In this document: in pieces, positions 30,425 to 39,876 of the stretch | Numbering within the stretch: position 1 is the first letter of the stretch | How the letters are laid out: each line of letters starts with the position of its first letter | DNA from: Promethearchaeota archaeon | GTDB taxonomy: Archaea; Asgardarchaeota; Lokiarchaeia; Sigyniarchaeales; SOKP01 | DNA length: 40,048 nucleotides | Assembly: GCA_013375475.1 (NCBI GenBank) | Contig: JABXKD010000030.1 | Coordinates: 1 to 40,048 of the forward strand | Direction: 5' to 3' | Position numbers and translations under genes: made by a program | Notes under the pieces: model-generated | Told to the model about the DNA's origin: nothing | Databases searched by the model: none | The model's input: the letters and a program-made list of their open reading frames with translations, nothing else

Positions 30425-30940
30425 TTATTCTTTCAATTTTAAAGATAATTTTACTAACAATTTATGTAAATCTAATTTATAGCCAATTAACGGTGTGAGT
30501 TGGACTTGATTAGCCGTTTTATCTATTACTAAGTAACCTTTCTTCTCTAGCTCTTTTAAATCGTCAATTACCTCTTTTTTACTTCTTAATTTTTTAATTT
30601 CTTGAATTGAAGAAGCACCAGAATTCTTAAGACAAGATGTAAGTGTGCAAAGTAAAGTTGCTGCTAAACTAGGCTTTCCCTCAAAAGGATTAGCCGAAAT
30701 TAGTTCTGTGACCTCACTATCGTAATTTAAATACCAGTGTGAATTTAACGAATTGAATTTTACTTGAAGTCCCAGCGGTATAAGATAATTAGATAAGCCA
30801 TTAATCAGGTTTTGGAAATAAATCGAATCGTTCTTATTTTTAACATTTAAAATCTCGAGTATCTCTTCTTCAGTGGCCCCTATTTGATATTCATTCTTCT
30901 TACTACTAAGTAATTGCATTAAAATTGAAATTTCATTCAT
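30425..30940 (-). CDS. KITE subunit (ScpB/Nse1-like tandem winged helix)
   Basis: Two WH-like halves (LINGLSNYLIPLGLQVKF...HWYL; IQEIKKLRS...DLKELEKKGYL...VQLTP); sits after the kleisin and SMC genes. Confidence 0.7.
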   Translation of the reverse strand: MNEISILMQLLSSKKNEYQIGATEEEILEILNVKNKNDSIYFQNLINGLSNYLIPLGLQVKFNSLNSHWYLNYDSEVTELISANPFEGKPSLAATLLCTLTSCLKNSGASSIQEIKKLRSKKEVIDDLKELEKKGYLVIDKTANQVQLTPLIGYKLDLHKLLVKLSLKLKE

Positions 30941-30952
30941 TTTTTCAATAAC

Positions 30953-31600
30953 CTACACATATAATGTATTTGTCTCTTTTTGATACTTAACCTTCCCTAA
31001 TTGAAGTAAGTGCAACAGATATACGAACTGTTCGTAAATCTTTAGCTGATCAATATTTTCTTCAAACACCTCTTCAAAATAACAGGGGAGTTTATTTCTG
31101 ATTTTGTTAAAAAAGGCATTGACTTTTTCCGTGAACTTAAGTTTCGGGATTTCTAGTAAAAACTGGTAATCACTGCTCTCTTTATTCAAGTGTTCAATCG
31201 TGAAATCCATTATTCTTTCTTTACAGAAACGATTTTCGGCGTATTCTAAGAAATTTAGAGATAGTGCTTCTAATTCAAAATAATTATTCCAACAACCATT
31301 AAAAATCTCAACAATCTCATTTTCTTCTGGATTTTCTTTTAAGAAATCCATAAATTTCTTTTCAATATCTAAAGAATTAAGTAAATTCCTTAATTCCTCA
31401 AATTTTCGGTTTAGTAGTTCACAGGCGTTTACGTAGCTCTGAGAATAATTTTCAATGTTAAAAATGCTAAGTGAATCTTTAATGTCGCTAAAAATTGGAT
31501 TTAGTTCGAGTTCTAATAAGTTAATTTTACCTGAAAGAATATCATCGTTAATAATTTCGATCTTTTTATTGATATCCTCTGAAAAATCTATTTTTTCCAT
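30953..31600 (-). CDS. Kleisin subunit (ScpA-like)
   Basis: N-terminal GKINLLELEL...NACELLNRK; C-terminal winged helix FEEVF...QFVYLLHLLQLGKVKYQ; directly downstream of SMC. Confidence 0.78.
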   Translation of the reverse strand: MEKIDFSEDINKKIEIINDDILSGKINLLELELNPIFSDIKDSLSIFNIENYSQSYVNACELLNRKFEELRNLLNSLDIEKKFMDFLKENPEENEIVEIFNGCWNNYFELEALSLNFLEYAENRFCKERIMDFTIEHLNKESSDYQFLLEIPKLKFTEKVNAFFNKIRNKLPCYFEEVFEENIDQLKIYEQFVYLLHLLQLGKVKYQKETNTLYV

Positions 31601-31602
31601 GA

Positions 31603-34600
31603 TTACTTTTCCTCTAAAATTTTGGGTTTGAATATGGTAGACACTTCTTTTTTGCCGACTCTTGCCACCCCAATTAACTTGTCAGCAAGTGAATACAACA
31701 CATTTGATGATTTTGGAAGAAACATTAATAATTGAATTGAGTTGTTCTCTAAAGTGGATTTTATCATGTGATACGAAGCTTCTGAATTCTTATCGTCTAA
31801 AAACATTCCTGCTTCGTCAAACATACATAATGGAGACGGTTTAATTTCTTGAAGGGATAAGATTAGACTAATTGAAATCATTGAAATTTGGCCGCCGCTT
31901 AAGGCTGTACAAGATTTTAACTGGTCTTTTGAAATTGCAGCTTTGATATCTACACCCAAATCTTCAAAATTTCCAATTAAATCAAGAGTACAATAAGCTT
32001 TAATATTTGCAGAGCTAAATTTTTGGTTGATTTTAGAATTTAAATCCTTCAGAACTAATTGAAACTTATTGAAATATGTGGTTTCCAGCTTTTTTTCAGT
32101 TTTTATAGCTGCTTTTATATCTCTTTCTATTTCTTTCTGATTTTTAATTATTTCTTTTAAACCTGTTAAAATCTGTTCTTTTTCTATTAGAAGCGAATCG
32201 TCGACATCTAAATAATTTAAAAGTTGTTTATCGATTTTTAGAATGTCTCTATTAATATCTTCTACTGGACGAATTGTGATTCTTTCCTCTTTAATATACT
32301 GCCCGATCTCAGATAAAATGCGTTTTAGATCTTCCCTCTTCATCCCTAATTCATGTTTTAATGAAGATTGCTTAAACATTTCTTGTTCTAAGCTTAATTT
32401 TACTTGAATATGAGCTTTTTCTATCTCACCCTTTTCTTTCTGGACAATGACTTTTCGTGTATGCAATTCAGATATTTTTGTATTAATAGATAGAATCTCA
32501 TCTTCCAAATTTTCTAACTTTCTATAGATTTCAAATGCTTTTTTATCTGACTTCTGGAATTCAGTTTTTTTCGCGTTGTAATTTAGTTTTTCTATGCTTA
32601 ACTTATTCTCATTAAAATTTATGTTATTATTGATTTTCTCTAATGATCCTAGATTATTATTTAGTTTTTCATCCCATTTTTTTAGCTCATTGTTCATATT
32701 ATTTAGTTCGTTCGGAATTTCCTTTATTCTATTGTTCCAATAGAAGAATTCGGGTTCTTTTTGAGCTTCAAGATCTACGATTTTTTTCCCGAGGTTTTTG
32801 ATGTTGTCTTTAATTTCTCCATTTTTTTGTTCTAATGTATAAATCTCATTATACAATTGATTCTTTTTTGAAGTTAACCTTTCTTTTTGCTTGAAATTGA
32901 ATAAGAGGTCGGCAAACGATTCTTTTTTTCTAAATATCTCACCTTGCTGCTTATCAAATTTTGCTTGTTTCACTTTTAATTCTAATATTCTATCGTTAAC
33001 TGATTTAATCTCTTTTTCTAAAAGTTCAGATTGTTCCTTTTGAGTCCCTGCGCTTAATAATCCTTTAAGACGCTTAATATGAGGGCTTTCATAGACGTAT
33101 TTATACGATATAATCTGTTTACCCTGTAACGTCACACACTTGCCCTTGAAAGTGTTTGTTTTATAAAGCTCTTTTGCAGAAAGATTGTCTTTAACAACAA
33201 GACAATTCTTGACCTTCGAATAAATAACCTTTTGAACGTTTACATCGTCATTAACAATTTTAATTAATTCTGCTAGGTAACCTATTACTCCTGTTGCTAA
33301 AATTTTTTGAAATGGAGTAATATTTAACTTCTTTGGAATATAAATATTGCAATAAGCGTTATATTTCTTTTTTAATCTCTCTAACAAATTTAAAGAGTCC
33401 CAATCGCTCGCAATAAAACTATTAAGTAAGCGTTCTCCTAAGACAGATTCAATAGCATAGCTTAACTCATCGTCATATTTTAAATATTCGATTATTGGGC
33501 CTATAACGCGATCATCTAATTCTCTGTTCTTAATTTCTTCCTTGAGAATATTAATATTAGGTGATAAGACGATTTTTCGTTCTCTTAATGCCGTTTGGAG
33601 TACTTTAAACTTTTGCATCCTTTTAGATTTGTCGTATTCTAATCGCTCGATTTCAGCGCCAAAATTTAGGATATTAACTGTTATTTCCTTTAAATCTTTA
33701 TCTAATTGGCTCAGCAAATTGGTAGAGGGATTTTCTAAGAACCATTTATTTTTTTCCAGTTTGTGGTCAATGTCCATCAAACTCTGAAATATATCGTTGA
33801 TATCTTTATTTGTACTTTCAATTCTTTTTTCGTTCTCTTGGATACTTCTTATGTGTTCTTCTTTCTCATTAGTTAAAGTGTTATATTTTTCTAAGAAAGC
33901 TTCATTCTCTTTAATCGTTCTTATAAGATCATTTTGTTCCTTAATCAATTTATCAATGCTGCTCTTAATAGATTGTTTCTTTTTTTTAACTATTTTGATT
34001 TCGTCTTCAAACTTTTGTTTCTGTTTGTTAATCTTTCTTAATAGCTCCTCTAATTCCGAGACATTTCCTGATAGCTCATCCAATTCTTTTTTCGCATTTA
34101 TTTTTTCGTTTTGCCAAGCATTAATTTTATTGACTAATTCTTTTTTTTTATATTCTAATTCTCCAATTTTTTTTGATATTGTGTTAAGGTTGTCATCTAC
34201 TTCAATTACTATTTTTTCTTTTTCTAATATTAAGTTTCGGTACTTTTCAGCGTCTTTAGTTATAGAATTTATTTTATTTTGGCTCTCTTTGAATGATAAC
34301 TCCAAATTCTCAATATCTTTTTGTAAAATATCCTTATTTGCCCATAACAATTCATCGGTATATTTATTTCTAACATCTAATAGTTTCTTTTTCTTATCTA
34401 ACCTTTCTAATTTTGGCGTTAATAAATCCAGGTTAAAGTTTAATGTATTTTTTCTGGTTACTAATGACTGAAATTCCGTATCTAAAGAAAAAACTCCGTT
34501 TTTCTGTTGAAGTATCTCCTCTCTAAGGCCTTTAAGCCCTATACCTTCTTCTAAAAATGAACATAACACGATAGGTTTTAAACTTTTAATAGCATCGATT

Positions 34601-35088
34601 TTACCTTGGCTTACAAATGCGAATTGATTGTCAGGATTAATTTCTAACTCAGTAATAAGTTTTTGAATTTCATTAACATGAACTTTTTTAAAATTTGGGT
34701 CATGCTTAAGTTGAATTTCATAAAAAGGAGATTTTCCTCTTATCACAGTCCTTCTAACTTTAATTATCTCACCTTGAGACTGAATATGAAGCTCAACCAT
34801 AGCATGAGGTTGACCATTTCTAATAAAATCAGACCATTTTTTATAACGCTCATCTCTTTCATTACTACCTAAAGCAAATTTAATAGCTTGAAATATCGAT
34901 GTTTTTCCGCTCCAATTCGGGCCAATAATTAAAATGAAACGAGGAGGTTCCTTTTTTTGTGGAATTAAAAAATCTACTTCGTCTTTTTGAAAAGATAAAA
35001 AGTTTTCTAATATAACTTTGCGAAGAAATACGCTTTTTCCTGTAGAATCTTTTTTAACATTTTCATTTCTTTTAGAAGAAGTAGCCGT
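31603..35088 (-). CDS. SMC-family ATPase, Smc5/6-like (1161 aa; frame open 96 codons upstream of the listed ATG)
   Basis: The upstream in-frame region encodes LRKVILENFLSF and Walker A GPNWSGKTS. Q-loop INPDNQFAFVSQG, hinge VIGPIIEYL, signature LSGGQ, Walker B/D-loop PLCMFDEAGMFLD, long coiled coils. Confidence 0.9.
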   Translation of the reverse strand, partial: TATSSKRNENVKKDSTGKSVFLRKVILENFLSFQKDEVDFLIPQKKEPPRFILIIGPNWSGKTSIFQAIKFALGSNERDERYKKWSDFIRNGQPHAMVELHIQSQGEIIKVRRTVIRGKSPFYEIQLKHDPNFKKVHVNEIQKLITELEINPDNQFAFVSQGKIDAIKSLKPIVLCSFLEEGIGLKGLREEILQQKNGVFSLDTEFQSLVTRKNTLNFNLDLLTPKLERLDKKKKLLDVRNKYTDELLWANKDILQKDIENLELSFKESQNKINSITKDAEKYRNLILEKEKIVIEVDDNLNTISKKIGELEYKKKELVNKINAWQNEKINAKKELDELSGNVSELEELLRKINKQKQKFEDEIKIVKKKKQSIKSSIDKLIKEQNDLIRTIKENEAFLEKYNTLTNEKEEHIRSIQENEKRIESTNKDINDIFQSLMDIDHKLEKNKWFLENPSTNLLSQLDKDLKEITVNILNFGAEIERLEYDKSKRMQKFKVLQTALRERKIVLSPNINILKEEIKNRELDDRVIGPIIEYLKYDDELSYAIESVLGERLLNSFIASDWDSLNLLERLKKKYNAYCNIYIPKKLNITPFQKILATGVIGYLAELIKIVNDDVNVQKVIYSKVKNCLVVKDNLSAKELYKTNTFKGKCVTLQGKQIISYKYVYESPHIKRLKGLLSAGTQKEQSELLEKEIKSVNDRILELKVKQAKFDKQQGEIFRKKESFADLLFNFKQKERLTSKKNQLYNEIYTLEQKNGEIKDNIKNLGKKIVDLEAQKEPEFFYWNNRIKEIPNELNNMNNELKKWDEKLNNNLGSLEKINNNINFNENKLSIEKLNYNAKKTEFQKSDKKAFEIYRKLENLEDEILSINTKISELHTRKVIVQKEKGEIEKAHIQVKLSLEQEMFKQSSLKHELGMKREDLKRILSEIGQYIKEERITIRPVEDINRDILKIDKQLLNYLDVDDSLLIEKEQILTGLKEIIKNQKEIERDIKAAIKTEKKLETTYFNKFQLVLKDLNSKINQKFSSANIKAYCTLDLIGNFEDLGVDIKAAISKDQLKSCTALSGGQISMISISLILSLQEIKPSPLCMFDEAGMFLDDKNSEASYHMIKSTLENNSIQLLMFLPKSSNVLYSLADKLIGVARVGKKEVSTIFKPKILEEK

Positions 35089-35106
35089 TCATTTTCACCT
35101 GTTTTA

Positions 35107-36396
35107 TTAGTGTTTTCCAAAAGCTCGTTTTAAATTATCTATCCGTTTTTTTGCCATTTCTAGATTAATTTGAGCCATTTTAGGACTATCGTTCAAAATA
35201 AAGGCGTATTTTGCGAGCAATTTTCTATCATTTTCTTCCAAAGTTTCTTCCTTATTCATTTTATCAATGATAAGTAAAAGCTCACTGTAATTTTTAGAAA
35301 CTGCGTTTTCATATAGTTGGTTAAGCATAAATTCAGAAAATCTCTCTTCTTTTATCTGATTAAGTAGTTCAGTTGAATTATTACTTTCTGTAAGTGCAAC
35401 TCCTTCTTTTTTGAATTTTTTATCCTGATATTCTTGATTTTCATGAACATTATTATACAAAAATTCCATCTTTACCTGTTCTGAAGAAATAGAAGGAATA
35501 TATTCTCCTGATTCTATTAAGTCAATTAATACATCTGTAATTTCATTACTTGATTCATTTAATTCAGAATTAAGAAAATGCTTGAAGATACCCACTTTTA
35601 ATAAATGATTTATATCTTTTACTTCCCAATTAACAGTGTAGTCTACCAGAGTTTTTATGTCAAATACGATTTTGGGATTTTTTTCTGAAAAGTTACGAAA
35701 AATCGTTTCTCTCTCTATTTTATCAACCAAAGGGATTTTTATGAATAGATCAAAAACTTCAAAGATTAACCTCGAATTCGATTCGATATCTTTAATGTTA
35801 TTATTAATCCAGATGAATAATAAACCCTCTTTTATCATACTTTTCTTATCTTTAAACGATGTCATAAACAACTCTAAAAAATTTCTTTCTCTTACTTTGA
35901 CATTGGAAAAATTCTCTTGGTTTATCAAAAATATTCCTCGAATTCTATTCTCTTGAAGTTGATTTTCAGTTGGTCGAGACTCCTCGACATCTTCAGTCGT
36001 ACTTTCCTTAGCTGTTCGATTAACTTGTATTAAATTTTCCAAAATGGATGTAAAGTTGCGGAAAAACTCATCAGGCTTCTTAATTATTTCTTCTTGGTTC
36101 AGATCATAAAAATTTAAATAGTAATTTTTAGAAATTAGTTTTAAATAGTCAACTACATCTGTTCCAACACTTATATTAATCAAAATAGCTCCTTTTGGCT
36201 GGATAAATTTATTATAACTCTGTACGATCGTTTCCTCGTGATTAGTTAACATTATTTTCAAATAATTAATAATATCATTATACTTATCTCGATAAAAAAT
36301 CTCCTCTCTATCAATGTCAATTTCATCTGGTGTAATTACCCGATAGTATTTAGAGAATTCTATACCGTTATCTGTATCCGTCATAGAGAAGTTCAT
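35107..36396 (-). CDS. Degenerate AAA+ ATPase-like protein without Walker motifs
   Basis: PKGAILINISVGTD occupies the PKGxLLxGPPGxGKT position; FDLFIKIPLVDKIERETIF and a lid-like region are retained. Confidence 0.65.
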   Translation of the reverse strand: MNFSMTDTDNGIEFSKYYRVITPDEIDIDREEIFYRDKYNDIINYLKIMLTNHEETIVQSYNKFIQPKGAILINISVGTDVVDYLKLISKNYYLNFYDLNQEEIIKKPDEFFRNFTSILENLIQVNRTAKESTTEDVEESRPTENQLQENRIRGIFLINQENFSNVKVRERNFLELFMTSFKDKKSMIKEGLLFIWINNNIKDIESNSRLIFEVFDLFIKIPLVDKIERETIFRNFSEKNPKIVFDIKTLVDYTVNWEVKDINHLLKVGIFKHFLNSELNESSNEITDVLIDLIESGEYIPSISSEQVKMEFLYNNVHENQEYQDKKFKKEGVALTESNNSTELLNQIKEERFSEFMLNQLYENAVSKNYSELLLIIDKMNKEETLEENDRKLLAKYAFILNDSPKMAQINLEMAKKRIDNLKRAFGKH

Positions 36397-36623
36397 CTAT
36401 CTGTTATTTATTTTTTTTTAACATTGTTTTCATGGCAATAATCACATAAATATTTAGCGTTTGATTATCTACCGACAAAAACTCACGCATTTAAATATCT
36501 TAATTTAAAATATCAACAGCTTAATTATTTAGATCAACAAGCAGAAGTTAATAATATTATGAGAGGTAAAGAATTTACAAAAATATGGTGTACTAAAAAA
36601 AAAAGAGTGGAAAAATTATTATT

Positions 36624-36878
36624 TTATTTTTTTCCGCCAGTACCATGCATACAGAAAAAACCGCCTTCTAGTTCGTACTTTGGAAATAATCCACAACCAA
36701 AGCAATTACAACCGTTATTTTTAACTTCAGATAATGGTTTTTCAGTTTTTCCACGTGAACAAAACAGTGCATGTGGCTCAAATTCGTTTAATTGATTAGG
36801 TTTGAACGAAGGACAAGGACCACAGAATTTACGACATTCGCTCATACTTTCCTCATCATCAGGAACGGGTTTCGGCAT
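36624..36878 (-). CDS. DUF2769-like small cysteine-rich metal-binding protein
   Basis: C-x3-CGPCPSF, LFCSRGK, GCNCFGC, FFCMHG. Confidence 0.75.
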   Translation of the reverse strand: MPKPVPDDEESMSECRKFCGPCPSFKPNQLNEFEPHALFCSRGKTEKPLSEVKNNGCNCFGCGLFPKYELEGGFFCMHGTGGKK

Positions 36879-37039
36879 ATTAGTTAAACTTATACTTTGT
36901 TATATCAAGCAACTAATTTTGTTGATTATTAACGAAATAATCATAGTGCCTATTAAATTTAATATTTATAGATTATTAATTTAAAGGGCGTTTAATCATG
37001 ATATATGAGCTTAAATACTATTAAACTAAATTTGAAGCT

Positions 37040-37441
37040 TTAGTTGAAAGCTAAGACTTGATTACATATGTCTAAATAATGCTTAATTTCTTCCTTATAT
37101 AAGTGATAATAAGTAAATTTTTGCTTTTTATATCCCTGTATTATACCTGTCGCAACTAGCTTTCTTAAATGATGAGAAATTGTAGATTGGGACTTATTTA
37201 ATATAGCTTCTAATTCACATACACATCTGTCTTGCTCTTTTAAAGCATTGATGATGATTAGTCGCTCTTTGGATGAAATTGCAGAGGTAAATCTTTCAAT
37301 CACATCTAAATTTTCATCTTCTTCAAAATTTTTACCCAACTCTATTAAATCTTCAATGTATGCATTTGAATTTGAACAATTATCACGTGTACATAATGTT
37401 TTATTAATTTCTAAAGATCTTTTTTGTTTCATAAGAGACAC
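37040..37441 (-). CDS. ArsR/SmtB family transcriptional repressor
   Basis: RLIIINAL...DRCVCELEAILNKSQSTISHHLRKL; additional N-terminal CxxxxC. Confidence 0.92.
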   Translation of the reverse strand: MSLMKQKRSLEINKTLCTRDNCSNSNAYIEDLIELGKNFEEDENLDVIERFTSAISSKERLIIINALKEQDRCVCELEAILNKSQSTISHHLRKLVATGIIQGYKKQKFTYYHLYKEEIKHYLDICNQVLAFN

Positions 37442-37607
37442 CTTCTTTTTTTCTATATTTTTCTCTTTATAAATATTAAGAATAAATCGATAAATATAAA
37501 TCTATAGCATTTAAGGCTTCAATTTTGTTCAAATCGACAACCTTAAATTTGATTCTTAATATTATATCTCAAGCTCTCGCCATTAAAATTATAACAATTA
37601 AGAAAAA

Positions 37608-38150
37608 ATGGAAGAAATCAACAATCTAAAAGTTGGGATTATTTCAGATGGAAAATATGGTGAAAGAGCCTTTGAGAATATTAAAAGGAAATTTGATACA
37701 ATTTGGATCACAGTACCTGATTTGCCATCTAATCTAATGTTAGATGACGAGATTGAGACTGATATTCCTTTATGCGATATTTATATTTCTTATGTTCGCC
37801 ATCCTGATATTATCTTACAATTAGCCGAGCTTCAAAAACCATTAATTCTTGGTGTTCTCCCTGGTTTTGGTCTTTACGAGCAGGCTAAAGGAATTAATTC
37901 TAAAGTAGTTCACGCACCCACAATGTGTTCTTTAGAAAGTAATACTGGAATAAAGCAAATAGATCTTTTTACATCTTTTTATGGCAATCCGATTTATGAG
38001 ACTAAAATTGATCAAAATGGAGTGATTGAAGAAATTTCTGTAAAACGCTCCTCCTTATGTGGATCATCTGAAGCAGGTGCTAATTTTTTGATTAAGAAAC
38101 AACTTAGTGAAGAGAATCTTCAAAATAAACTTATTAAAAAAAAGGACTGA
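37608..38150 (+). CDS. DUF166-like protein, possibly C-terminally truncated
   Basis: GKYGERA, YVRHPD, PTMCSL, YGNP and RSSLCGSS motifs. Confidence 0.65.
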   Translation: MEEINNLKVGIISDGKYGERAFENIKRKFDTIWITVPDLPSNLMLDDEIETDIPLCDIYISYVRHPDIILQLAELQKPLILGVLPGFGLYEQAKGINSKVVHAPTMCSLESNTGIKQIDLFTSFYGNPIYETKIDQNGVIEEISVKRSSLCGSSEAGANFLIKKQLSEENLQNKLIKKKD

Positions 38151-38155
38151 TAATT

Positions 38156-39823
38156 ATGGCAGTATTATATATGCGCAAATTAGAGCAGGAACCAGAATCA
38201 TACGACTCTAAATTTACAACCCTTACAAAAGGTGTTAATTTAGAAGTTAGAGATTGGATACTTGATAGAATAGGTACTTCAAAATCTATCTTAGAGTTAG
38301 GATGTGGAACTGGAAGCCTTGCGACTCAAATGGCACTAAAACAGAATAACGTTCTAGCGATTGATATAAATTTTCAGATGATCAATTTTGCAATGCAGAA
38401 TTATCCTTCTGATCTAAAAGATGGTACGCTTCTATACCAGACTGGGACGTTTACAAACATGCCAGTGAGTGAAAATTCTCAGGATATAATAGTTAGTACT
38501 TTTATGTTATCTGAACTTCGACCTTTTGAGCAACAGATCTTCCTTAGAAATGCTTGGAAAGTATTAAAACCAAGTGGTCGGTTGATTGTAGCTGCTGAAT
38601 TTGTACCTAATGGTTTCTGGAAATTACTGTTTAAAATAAAAAGATGGAGATATAAAAAAAAGCTTAGACGACTTAAGTTAAGAAGCACTTTTCTCTTGAA
38701 ATGGTTCTTTAGATATATAGAACCAATTGGATTTAAAATAAATGCAAAAAAGGATTGGAAACATGGAACTATTCAAGCCCTTGAACTAGTAAAGATGGAT
38801 GATAAAGAATCAAACGAACCGGGATATTACCAACCTGAGCAAAAAAAATTCAAAGGTATTATTTCGCAGTTAAGAATATATCGCTGTATTTATACCGGAC
38901 AGGTGGATCTCGTTCCAATAGATCCTGGTCTTTACAAATCAGGAAATCCTGATAAAACTTCTCCTATCGTTGTTACCGCAAACTATGAATTTACTTTTAT
39001 CAAAGTAATGAGAGATTTGAAAGGTCTTGACGCTTGGGTGTTATGTGTTGATTCCAATGGTATAAATGTATGGTGTGCTGCAAGAGGGAACGATTTTGGA
39101 AATAATCAACTAATAGAGGCAGTTGAAGCTACTGGATTAAAAAATATTACTGAGAAAAAAACTTTAATTCTCCCACAACTATCTGCGGGAGGTGTAGCTA
39201 CTCCGGAGTTACAGAAAAAAAATAAAGAATTCCCCTTCCGAGTGGTGTTTGGACCCGTGTGGTCTAAAGACTTACCTGATTTTATAAAAAATAGACCTGC
39301 TCGAAAACCAGATAAAATGAAGCTTGCTAAATTTACGTTAAAGCATCGTTTTCGCGGATTTATTACTCACACAACCTTTCTACTCCGAAAAATATTTCTA
39401 TTGCCCTTGTTTGCATTATTCCTGATTCTATTTGCTTTAAGTTTAATAGGATTGTTCGATAAATTATGGTGGGTTGGCGAACTTTTACTTTGGGTAATAA
39501 TTTCGAACATTTTAATAACATTTTTATTTCCCATATCTAAATTTACGCGGAGATTTATATATAAAGGGATTTTCTTTGGGACATTAAATTCTATTGCCCT
39601 GGGAGTTTTAACTTATTACCTTCATAATTCAATAGTCTATATGCTAATGAGCATCGCATTTTTCTTTTGGGTTTCGTTTTTCTCTACAATGTCATTAAGT
39701 GGCTTTACGATGGCTACGAGTCCAAGTGAAATTCAAGAAGAATATCCAATTTTTAGTATCATAAATAAAATTTTATTAACAATTAGTTTGATTTCAATGG
39801 TGGTTGGAATCATTTTACTGTAA
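38156..39823 (+). CDS. Fusion of a class I SAM methyltransferase, an HgcA-like corrinoid-binding domain and a TM domain
   Basis: ILELGCGTG...VLKPSGRL; then PGLYKSGNP, SPIVVTANY, GINVWCAARG, ILPQLSAGGV, FGPV; about 4-5 C-terminal TM helices. Confidence 0.88.
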   Translation: MAVLYMRKLEQEPESYDSKFTTLTKGVNLEVRDWILDRIGTSKSILELGCGTGSLATQMALKQNNVLAIDINFQMINFAMQNYPSDLKDGTLLYQTGTFTNMPVSENSQDIIVSTFMLSELRPFEQQIFLRNAWKVLKPSGRLIVAAEFVPNGFWKLLFKIKRWRYKKKLRRLKLRSTFLLKWFFRYIEPIGFKINAKKDWKHGTIQALELVKMDDKESNEPGYYQPEQKKFKGIISQLRIYRCIYTGQVDLVPIDPGLYKSGNPDKTSPIVVTANYEFTFIKVMRDLKGLDAWVLCVDSNGINVWCAARGNDFGNNQLIEAVEATGLKNITEKKTLILPQLSAGGVATPELQKKNKEFPFRVVFGPVWSKDLPDFIKNRPARKPDKMKLAKFTLKHRFRGFITHTTFLLRKIFLLPLFALFLILFALSLIGLFDKLWWVGELLLWVIISNILITFLFPISKFTRRFIYKGIFFGTLNSIALGVLTYYLHNSIVYMLMSIAFFFWVSFFSTMSLSGFTMATSPSEIQEEYPIFSIINKILLTISLISMVVGIILL

Positions 39824-39876
39824 TAATAAATAATACAAAAAAATAAAAGGAAATTGATATATAAGAGGTATGATCA

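Noticed and set aside
33542-34872. Plus-strand ORFs inside smc, including the 224-aa Phe/Leu/Ser-rich one
   Set aside because: Antisense to Lys/Glu-rich coiled-coil codons; no independent evidence. The same applies to the other short nested ORFs in the track.
35086-35097. Selenocysteine read-through of the TGA before the smc ACG
   Set aside because: A second in-frame TGA lies two codons upstream, there is no upstream start, and the region is the SD/intergenic spacer.
30425-36396. Wadjet (JetABCD) or MukBEF call
   Set aside because: No Toprim nuclease (JetD) is present, the gene order differs, and the kleisin is short and ScpA-like.
36405-36433. Tiny upstream ORF MKTMLKKNK before the pseudo-AAA gene
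   Set aside because: Expected by chance in A-rich sequence.
38156-39823. Assigning the gene symbol hgcA or calling the organism a mercury methylator
   Set aside because: The cap helix is AARG rather than AAGK, the architecture is fused, and the ferredoxin C-terminus lies outside the window.
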